DNA of 54,023 nucleotides. It comes from an uncultured Rikenellaceae bacterium. GTDB taxonomy: Bacteria; Bacteroidota; Bacteroidia; Bacteroidales; Rikenellaceae. Position 1 is the first letter of the stretch; every line of letters starts with the position of its first letter. The stretch is from positions 1 to 54,023 of the forward strand of contig CAYJOF010000002.1 of the NCBI GenBank assembly GCA_964371765.1, written 5' to 3'. Made by a program: the position numbers and the translations under genes. Below are positions 18,387 to 25,385 of this stretch, one piece after another. The notes under the pieces were generated by a model. That model had not been told where the DNA came from. It did not search any database and saw only the letters and a program-made list of their open reading frames with translations.

Positions 18387-19586
18387 ATGTTGTTCAATCC
18401 TGTTGCACTGTTTATTGCTCGACGCTACCTCTTCTCGAAGAAGTCGCACTCGGTGATAAACCTAATATCGATTGTAAGTCTCGTTGCAATGGCTATTCCA
18501 GCCGCTGCAATGGTGATTCTACTGTCGGTCAGCAACGGGTATGGAGAGTTTATCCAGAGCATTAACAGCTCGTTCGATCCGCCAATTCGTATAACTAGTA
18601 CCCAAACCGAATATTTCGATCGCAACCCAGATTTCCTTAGGGAGATCGAGAAGATAGATGGGGTAGGGGCTACGACTCAATATATCGAAGGAGGTGTGGT
18701 ACTAGCCTTTGATGAGGTTACAGAGGTTGTAACAATGAGAGGCATAGACTCTTCTTACTTAGAGGTCTTTCCGATAGATTCTGCAATCGTTGAGGGCAGA
18801 TTCAACAAGTATAATATGCTAATTGGCAATACCGTTGCATATAACTTAGGTTATGTTATGGGATTGGGAGGAGAGGTAACCGTACTTGCTCCTAGCATAA
18901 ATCCTACTCACCTTTTTGGCATACCGCAACACTTCAATAGCGACGAAATCTCTGTCAGTGGGGTATATCTTCTTGACAACACCACCGCCTCAGAGTATGT
19001 GCTAGCCCCAGAGGGATTTACTAATGCTATACTTGGGATAGAGAATCAGATTAGTGCAATTGGCATAGAGGTATCACACATTGAACTCATCGATCAGATT
19101 AGGGCGATACTCCCTGAGGGCTTTGAAGCAAAGGATAATTTGCAACAAAGGGAATTAGAGTATGCTATTGCCCAGCAGGAGAAGATAGCGATATATATTA
19201 TTCTACTCTTTATTATGATTATTGCCTCACTATCGCTAATCAGCTCCACCGAGATGCTTGTAGTGGAGAAACAAGAACAGATAGCTACCATCAAAACACT
19301 TGGTGCCAACGATAAGTTCATCAAGTTGATTTTTAGTTATCAATCCATAATGCTTGCCCTTATTGGAGGAGTATCGGGGGTTGTTCTAGGTGCAACTATC
19401 ACTCTGGTTCAATACTACACGGGCATTGTAACCATCGGTAGCGAAGTTGCATTAATTGAGGCATACCCAGTTAAACTGGAGGCAATAGATATGCTTAACA
19501 CTACCCTAGCAATAGTTGTGATTGGTGTTGTACTGTCCATTATAACAACAAAAAAAATATTATCGACAAAAGAGTATGAGCAGTAA
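18387..19586 (+). CDS. FtsX-like ABC transporter permease (LolC/E family)
   Basis: N-terminal TM helix, large periplasmic loop, and a C-terminal 3-TM FtsX domain containing IATIKTLGA. Confidence 0.85.
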   Translation: MLFNPVALFIARRYLFSKKSHSVINLISIVSLVAMAIPAAAMVILLSVSNGYGEFIQSINSSFDPPIRITSTQTEYFDRNPDFLREIEKIDGVGATTQYIEGGVVLAFDEVTEVVTMRGIDSSYLEVFPIDSAIVEGRFNKYNMLIGNTVAYNLGYVMGLGGEVTVLAPSINPTHLFGIPQHFNSDEISVSGVYLLDNTTASEYVLAPEGFTNAILGIENQISAIGIEVSHIELIDQIRAILPEGFEAKDNLQQRELEYAIAQQEKIAIYIILLFIMIIASLSLISSTEMLVVEKQEQIATIKTLGANDKFIKLIFSYQSIMLALIGGVSGVVLGATITLVQYYTGIVTIGSEVALIEAYPVKLEAIDMLNTTLAIVVIGVVLSIITTKKILSTKEYEQ

Positions 19587-20658
19587 AATAATTAAAATAT
19601 TTGGATTAAGTCTTTGGCTGTTGTGGATGCTGGTGAGTTGTTCTAGCCATAAGGAGATCCCCGAAGAGACCCTAGAGCAGATTCTAGTAGAGAGTGCACT
19701 TATCAACTCAACTACCACCTACTCCCCTAAGGTAAGGGCTATGGCAGATACTCTCGACCTATATTCGGCTGTACTAGATAAGTATGGCTACGATATTGAA
19801 GATATGGAGTATACCCTAAGGTCGCTAATTTCTCGAAAGAGTACTGCGATGGAGGCTGTATTGGAGAGTGCAAAGAGCAGCATAACAAGCAAGCGAGAGT
19901 TTCTGGATTATATGTATGATATGATTACTGAGTCTAAGCTGGTGGTAGATAAGTCGATTATCGACACGCTATACAGTGTAGACACCACCATTCACATCAA
20001 ATCCACAAAGCTAATCGACTCAATCAGGCTACAACTCCCACTAGAGGGAGCTGGAAAATATACTCTCTCGATAGACTATATCAGCTATACTAAGAAACCT
20101 GTACGCACAATCTATTCAACCATCGAGATGGGAGATTCGCTCTTCAATGATTTTAGAGCTAAGGAGACTCAATCGAGAATTTTCCGCCTACCTGTACGAA
20201 CTGGTGTAGATACGACAATAAATAGAAACAACATTGTCTTTAATTTGGATGGTGAGGATGGTGGCAATACACTACTAATAAATCTTATTACCCACAATCC
20301 AAATGCTCGCACAAAAAGAGAACCCACTCTTCAGGAGAGATCTCTTAGCAAAGAGCTTGATTTAATAATTAAGAAAATTCAGCTCACTCGTAAGCCTGAC
20401 TATCTTGATGGCAATAAGGAGTATCTAAAAGATGTTCATAACATAAGTGCATTTGATGTCGTATCGCTTAGACTACCATACTCTCACTCACCTCTGCGAC
20501 CAGAGCCACTAGAATCGTGGGGATCTTCGCTTGAGAGATATAATCAAACTCCTAGAAAAATCGAACAGGAGTCATTCGTATTGAAGATTGGTAATAGGTT
20601 TGAACCAATTACAAGTGAGGATTTAGAGCAGATGGATATGGCAGCACCAGATGCTTAA
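19576..20658 (+). CDS. hypothetical lipoprotein (N-terminus resembles DUF4296)
   Basis: Lipobox LVSCSS. PEETLEQILVESALIN resembles the DUF4296 N-terminal helix. The rest is not recognised. Confidence 0.45.
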   Translation: MSSKIIKIFGLSLWLLWMLVSCSSHKEIPEETLEQILVESALINSTTTYSPKVRAMADTLDLYSAVLDKYGYDIEDMEYTLRSLISRKSTAMEAVLESAKSSITSKREFLDYMYDMITESKLVVDKSIIDTLYSVDTTIHIKSTKLIDSIRLQLPLEGAGKYTLSIDYISYTKKPVRTIYSTIEMGDSLFNDFRAKETQSRIFRLPVRTGVDTTINRNNIVFNLDGEDGGNTLLINLITHNPNARTKREPTLQERSLSKELDLIIKKIQLTRKPDYLDGNKEYLKDVHNISAFDVVSLRLPYSHSPLRPEPLESWGSSLERYNQTPRKIEQESFVLKIGNRFEPITSEDLEQMDMAAPDA

Positions 20659-21272
20659 TGAGTATGAGACGAGTTACCGCAAATTACGTCCTCACGACTG
20701 AGGGCTTCACAAAAGATACTGTAATTGAGTTGTCAGATAGTGGTTTGATAACAAGCCTCGAGATTGGAGTTAAAAACATTGACTCGATTGCAAGCCTAGA
20801 GCAGTATAATGGGCTTATTGTAGCAGGATTTATAAATCCAATATGCGAGATTGAGTCTGCGTTTAGGCTATCCAGTAGAGAGATCAAAACCCCAGAGGAG
20901 AAGATGGATGTATCGAGGGCGTGGGACAATAAGCTCAAGCTAGATGGCACAGTTGCCGCAATAGATAGTAGCTCCTCGGAGTTTATTCAGCAGCTTGGCG
21001 CAACAAAGGTAGTCTATATACAGACCACAGATAGAGATAGTGCTTTTGGTTTGGAGAATCTCTCTATCGTGGATCAGCTACGAAGCCTTTGTCGAGAGAA
21101 AACCCTACTTGAAGCACTTGAGGAGGTAACAATTAAGGCAGCTAAACTCTCAGCAATAAACCACTGGGCAGGATCAATAGAGACTGGCAAATCGCCATCA
21201 CTAACACTAATTGAAGGGTTAGATCTTAGTCGGTTTACAATAACAGATAATACAAAAACAAGAAAACTTTAG
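20658..21272 (+). CDS. hypothetical protein, amidohydrolase-like N-terminus lacking the HxH metal motif
   Basis: ANYVLTTEG....GLIVAGFINPICEIE resembles an amidohydrolase beta-sandwich and first strand, but has PICE where HxH is expected. ATG overlaps the upstream TAA (TAATG). Confidence 0.4.
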   Translation: MSMRRVTANYVLTTEGFTKDTVIELSDSGLITSLEIGVKNIDSIASLEQYNGLIVAGFINPICEIESAFRLSSREIKTPEEKMDVSRAWDNKLKLDGTVAAIDSSSSEFIQQLGATKVVYIQTTDRDSAFGLENLSIVDQLRSLCREKTLLEALEEVTIKAAKLSAINHWAGSIETGKSPSLTLIEGLDLSRFTITDNTKTRKL

Positions 21273-21277
21273 AGATT

Positions 21278-22054
21278 ATGACATTTCTATTTGATGATAT
21301 AATTATTGGCCCTATTATCTCTAGGAGGTTGGGCGTATCGTTGGGAGTAAATCTACTTCCTACCAATGGTAAATTGTGTAACTTCAATTGCATCTACTGC
21401 GAGTGTGGTTGGACTAAGAGTACGGCGGGGATGAAACTACGTTTCAATCCGACTGATGAGGTGTTGCAGAGACTTGAACAGACACTTAAGAGCCGTAGTG
21501 AGGCATGCGAACCTATGGATGTTATCACTTTTGCAGGAAACGGAGAGCCTACTATGCACCCCGATTTTGCATATATAATTGATAAGACGCTAGAACTTAG
21601 AGATAGGTATTTTCCAGATGTTAAGGTATCGGTAATCACCAACGCTACTCTAATTGCTAACAAGAATATTCGAGAAGCTCTTCAAAAGGTAGACAAGGCT
21701 CTGCTAAAGATTGATGCAGTACACGAAGATAAGATCAAAGTAATAAACGATCCATACAACAAATATTCACTTAGAGAGCTTATTGAGGGCATAAAACTAT
21801 TTGAGGGGGATATAATCATTCAAACTATGTTCCTAAAAGGCACTCAAGACGGAAAGATTGCCGACAATACCTCAAAGGAGGATATAGATGCGTGGATAGA
21901 GGTTCTAAAGGAGATTAATCCTACGGAGGTAGTAATCTACTCTCTTGATAGGGATACTCCATCAAAGAGTATCAGCAAAGTTCCTGCCCAAGAGCTACAA
22001 GCAATTGCAGATAGGCTACAGGGAGAAGGAATCAAATGTACGCCAACACTCTAA
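21278..22054 (+). CDS. radical SAM protein (small, with no SPASM or other C-terminal Cys cluster visible)
   Basis: CNFNCIYCECG (CxxxCxxC) at residues 34-41, GGEP-like FAGNGEPT. Confidence 0.85.
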   Translation: MTFLFDDIIIGPIISRRLGVSLGVNLLPTNGKLCNFNCIYCECGWTKSTAGMKLRFNPTDEVLQRLEQTLKSRSEACEPMDVITFAGNGEPTMHPDFAYIIDKTLELRDRYFPDVKVSVITNATLIANKNIREALQKVDKALLKIDAVHEDKIKVINDPYNKYSLRELIEGIKLFEGDIIIQTMFLKGTQDGKIADNTSKEDIDAWIEVLKEINPTEVVIYSLDRDTPSKSISKVPAQELQAIADRLQGEGIKCTPTL

Positions 22055-22069
22055 TAAGATAGAATAAAT

Positions 22070-23149
22070 ATGACAAAAGAGGAATACAATCAACTACTAC
22101 AACGCCTATCTGAGCTAGAAAAGTCGCTAGATATAGTTACAAAACAGCAAGAGATAGCACAGATGGAGGAGATGACTTTGGCTGCTGATTTTTGGGATGA
22201 ACCCCAAAAGGCACAATCGCTACTAAAGGATATTTCTGCTATCAAGTGGTGGACAGACAACTTCAAGGCTCTTAAAGAGGCTTGCGAGGAGTTGGCTATA
22301 ATTCAGGAGATGATATCAGAGGATATGGCAAGCGAGGAGGATCTAAGTGCTGCCTATAAAACGGTGATTGAACTATTCGAACTACTAGAGCTACGCAAGA
22401 TGATTGGCGCAAAAGAGGATTCAGCTAACGCTATTGTTGAGATAAACTCTGGCGCAGGAGGTACCGAGAGTCTCGACTGGGCTAGGATGTTGTTGAGGAT
22501 GTACACGGGCTGGGCTTCGAGCAAGGGTTATACTGTGCGTACACTTGATATGCAAGAGGATGGCATAGGAGTAAAATCTGTTATGATAGAGGTGGTGGGA
22601 CTCAGTGCTTATGGCTACCTAAAGGGCGAGAGTGGAGTTCACCGTCTGGTAAGAATATCGCCATTCGACTCAAATGCAAAACGCCACACAACCTTTGCCT
22701 CTGTCTTTATTACTCCTGCAATAGACGACAGCATAGTCATCGAGCTTAACCAAAGCGATATTCGCTGGGACACATATCGATCAGGAGGTGCAGGCGGACA
22801 GAATGTAAATAAGGTTGAGACTGGTGTGAGACTTCACCACATTCCAACAGGGATAGTAATAGAGAATACCGAGACACGCTCACAGCTCGACAATAAAGAG
22901 AATGCCATTCGCATCCTAAAGAGTAAGCTCTACCAAATTGAGCTAGAGAAGCGACAAGAGATTCAACGAGAGGCGGAGGGAAAGAAGAAGAAGATAGAGT
23001 GGGGCAGTCAGATACGTAGTTATGTCCTTCACCCATATAAGATGGTAAAGGACCATCGCACCTCAGAGGAGACAAGCAACGTAAACGAGGTACTCGACGG
23101 CGGAATAGATAATTTTATCCGAAGTTACCTAATGTCAGATTTCGTATAG
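22070..23149 (+). CDS. prfB: peptide chain release factor 2, encoded without a programmed frameshift
   Basis: SPF tripeptide (RISPFDS), GGQ ([10 protein letters not shown]). The N-terminus is contiguous with the body in a single frame. Confidence 0.95.
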   Translation: MTKEEYNQLLQRLSELEKSLDIVTKQQEIAQMEEMTLAADFWDEPQKAQSLLKDISAIKWWTDNFKALKEACEELAIIQEMISEDMASEEDLSAAYKTVIELFELLELRKMIGAKEDSANAIVEINSGAGGTESLDWARMLLRMYTGWASSKGYTVRTLDMQEDGIGVKSVMIEVVGLSAYGYLKGESGVHRLVRISPFDSNAKRHTTFASVFITPAIDDSIVIELNQSDIRWDTYRSGGAGGQNVNKVETGVRLHHIPTGIVIENTETRSQLDNKENAIRILKSKLYQIELEKRQEIQREAEGKKKKIEWGSQIRSYVLHPYKMVKDHRTSEETSNVNEVLDGGIDNFIRSYLMSDFV

Positions 23150-23160
23150 AGTAAACGACT

Positions 23161-23186
23161 ATGTCTCAAAAACATTTTTGAGACAT
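23161..23186 (+). other. perfect hairpin ATGTCTCAAAAA-CA-TTTTTGAGACAT just after the prfB stop
   Basis: 12-bp inverted repeat read directly from the sequence. No T-run follows it. Confidence 0.7.
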
Positions 23187-23198
23187 AGTTCTTACAAA

Positions 23199-23238
23199 CG
23201 AGGCTGTCTTGAAATATTTCAAGACAGCCTCGTTTTTT
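23199..23238 (+). terminator. intrinsic terminator (GGCTGTC-type palindromic hairpin plus T6)
   Basis: CGAGGCTGTCTTGAAATATTTCAAGACAGCCTCG followed by TTTTTT. Confidence 0.85.
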
Positions 23239-23273
23239 CATTTCTGGGTATTGATGTTCTTGAGGATATGCCT

Positions 23274-23339
23274 CATACTGGAGTATGTGAGCATCGATGT
23301 CCGCAAGGATGTGCAGAAATTACCAACTAGACGCTCAGC
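23274..23339. repeat. 66-nt direct repeat, copy 1
   Basis: Identical to 23423-23488 apart from C at 23301 versus T at 23450. Confidence 0.95.
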
Positions 23340-23422
23340 CATAAAAAAACAAAACCCCAATACTCCCTGCTGAGATGTATTGTTGAGGAATTTATGGGCA
23401 TCGTTGAGCATATCGAGCGCAG

Positions 23423-23488
23423 CATACTGGAGTATGTGAGCATCGATGTTCGCAAGGATGTGCAGAAATTACCAACTAGACGCTCAGC
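23423..23488. repeat. 66-nt direct repeat, copy 2
   Basis: See copy 1. The offset between copies is 149 nt. Confidence 0.95.
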
Positions 23489-23489
23489 A

Positions 23490-23523
23490 ACAAAAAAAGG
23501 CGACTAAGTTTAATTAGTCGCCT
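23490..23523 (-). terminator. intrinsic terminator of the 23547-24536 gene
   Basis: On the minus strand: GGCGACTAATTAAACTTAGTCGCC followed by TTTTTTT. Confidence 0.75.
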
Positions 23524-23546
23524 TATATATATAACCCTAAATGAAA

Positions 23547-24536
23547 TTAAGCTGCCGCCGCTTCCTGAGCTTGCTGCTTCTTAAGAGCCTCTACGATCTT
23601 CTTAGCTGTCTCAACATTACCACCTTGAACAACTTGGTTGTAATACTCGATAGCTTTTGGAAGGTCTTGTAGTTCTTGGTATGCGATAGCCACAAAGAAT
23701 GCTGCGTTTGATTTGTTAAGTGCTGTTGTCTGAGCCGAAACTGCCTCTGGACCATACTTAACAACTTCTGCGTAGTTCTTCATATCGTTTAGTACTTGAA
23801 CTCTAGCCATAAGAGCTGTTGGAGATTTAGGAGCAACTGCAATTAGGCCATTTACTGCCTCTAGTGCTTTTGCGTTATCCTTAGCACCGATAGCTGCAAT
23901 AACGACAGCCATCTTATCTGCCTCCATAGACTTAAGCGCTTGAGTTTTAGCCGCTGCATAACGTGCATTGCTCTCACCTAGTGCAATAAGCTTATTGTAC
24001 ATCTCATCACCCTTAGCAGTATTGCCCATTTTGTAGTAACTTTTTGCTCCAGTGATAGCATTCTTATAATCTTTATCGTTCTCAGCATAAGCCTCCTCTG
24101 CAATTGCTGCTGCACCTGCAAAATCCTCTGCTTTGAACTTCTCGCTAATCTTCAAACCATAAACACCAGAGATGAAAGTTTCAGCTGTCTGCTTATTACG
24201 AAGATCCATAAATGAAGTTGCTAGATCTCTCGACTCTCTAAAACTGTTAAGTGCGTTATCAAAATCTTTCTTTTGAGCAAATAGTTTACCAGTGTTCTGG
24301 TAACTCAGAACCGCAAAACCTTTTGCTTGCTTAATTGTTGCATCAACATCCTCCTCAGCTGTCTCGCCCATTTCGATTACCTCAACAAAAAGTGGTGCTG
24401 CAACATCAAACTTTTTCTCATTGTAAGCGGCTGCTGCCTCATTAAACTTAGCCTGAACCTCAGCGGCTGTCTGTGCTTGTGCAACACCTGCCACTAGAAG
24501 TGCTGCTACTGTCAAAAATTTAGTAATTCTTTTCAT
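23547..24536 (-). CDS. secreted Ala-rich TPR-like protein
   Basis: Signal peptide (AGVAQAQ) and repeated helical A/Y/K-rich units. No specific family recognised. Confidence 0.6.
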   Translation of the reverse strand: MKRITKFLTVAALLVAGVAQAQTAAEVQAKFNEAAAAYNEKKFDVAAPLFVEVIEMGETAEEDVDATIKQAKGFAVLSYQNTGKLFAQKKDFDNALNSFRESRDLATSFMDLRNKQTAETFISGVYGLKISEKFKAEDFAGAAAIAEEAYAENDKDYKNAITGAKSYYKMGNTAKGDEMYNKLIALGESNARYAAAKTQALKSMEADKMAVVIAAIGAKDNAKALEAVNGLIAVAPKSPTALMARVQVLNDMKNYAEVVKYGPEAVSAQTTALNKSNAAFFVAIAYQELQDLPKAIEYYNQVVQGGNVETAKKIVEALKKQQAQEAAAA

Positions 24537-24680
24537 ACGAATATTATTAGGTTTTCAATTGGTGTATGCTACTTCACATAAACATATAATAATCACCTTT
24601 GCGGGTCTATTATTCTAGATTTATACTTTGCAACACACTAAATCAGTTAAAAAATTCTCAAGGAAATTAGTTGAAAATAA

Positions 24681-24707
24681 GGGAGAGGACTTAAAAGTCG
24701 CCCTCCC
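24681..24707 (-). terminator. hairpin plus T-rich tract after slyD
   Basis: On the minus strand: GGGAGGGCGAC-TTTT-AAGTCCTCTCCC (imperfect stem) followed by TTATTTT. Confidence 0.45.
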
Positions 24708-24719
24708 TATATTGGATTT

Positions 24720-25277
24720 CTAGTTGCAAGAAGAGCAACATCCGCCCTCACCACAATCATTTTGGTCATCACCTTCGCCACAACCACAACCACAACCTCC
24801 TGAAGCTGGCATAAACTTAGCCATATCCTCCTCGTTAGCCTCTCTTACCTCTACAACCTCAACATCGAAGTTAAGAGTTTTTCCAGCCATTGGAGAGTTG
24901 AAGTCCATAACGATAACCTCATCTTTTAGCTCAACAACTGTACCTGGCATTTGGTTTCCTTGGTTATCCATCATAGGAAGGATAGCACCCGGCTTGATAA
25001 TTTCTGTATCAAGTTTGCCCTCTACCATAAAGATATCCTTAGGAAGTTCAACAATAGCCTCTGGGCGGCTCTCGCCATAACCCTCCTCAGGAGATAGTGT
25101 GAAAGACACTTTATCGCCAACCACTTTACCGATAAGGTTCTCTTCGAACTTAGGAAGTAGCATACCTACTCCAAAGATGAATCCTAGTGGGCTTGTAGCC
25201 TCTGCTTTATCGGCAACCTCGCCATTTACAGTTAATGTGTACGCAACCGACACATAACAATCTTTTACAATTTTCAT
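24720..25277 (-). CDS. slyD: FKBP-type peptidyl-prolyl isomerase SlyD with a Cys/Gly-rich C-terminal tail
   Basis: FKBP plus IF-domain pattern (VSVAYTLTVNGEV..., LNFDVEVVEVREA). Tail is GGCGCGCGEGDDQNDCGEGGCCSSCN. Confidence 0.88.
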   Translation of the reverse strand: MKIVKDCYVSVAYTLTVNGEVADKAEATSPLGFIFGVGMLLPKFEENLIGKVVGDKVSFTLSPEEGYGESRPEAIVELPKDIFMVEGKLDTEIIKPGAILPMMDNQGNQMPGTVVELKDEVIVMDFNSPMAGKTLNFDVEVVEVREANEEDMAKFMPASGGCGCGCGEGDDQNDCGEGGCCSSCN

Positions 25278-25385
25278 TTTCTATTAATTATGATGTTTAC
25301 TAACAGAGGCGTAGAGACCACCTCTGTTTTAGTAAACGCTGTTATACTATATTTATTGTATGCTACTCCAAGAGGAGCTACACAA

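Noticed and set aside
22070-22160. Programmed +1 frameshift site (CUU UGA C) expected near codon 25 of prfB.
   Set aside because: The RF2 ORF is continuous from the ATG at 22070. The N-terminal segment (..[27 protein letters not shown]) aligns across the usual shift position with no in-frame stop. This gene simply lacks the autoregulatory frameshift, as a minority of bacteria do.
23248-23270. Homology between the 23.25-kb repeat units and the rplT-downstream stem-loop (shared TTGAGGATA and GATGTGCAG 9-mers, both next to near-identical GAGGCTGTCTTGAAATATTTC hairpins).
   Set aside because: Only two short words match, with different spacing (about 28 versus 52 nt from the hairpin). That is not enough to claim a common element without a genome-wide alignment.
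23268-23330. Cys-rich mini-ORF MPHTGVCEHRCPQGCAEITN as a RiPP precursor for the nearby radical SAM enzyme (21278-22054).
   Set aside because: In repeat copy 2 the same frame has no start codon after an upstream TGA. The single substitution is non-synonymous (Pro/Ser) in this frame. The radical SAM protein shows no SPASM or auxiliary cluster. It is also separated from the mini-ORF by prfB and two hairpins, including a strong terminator.
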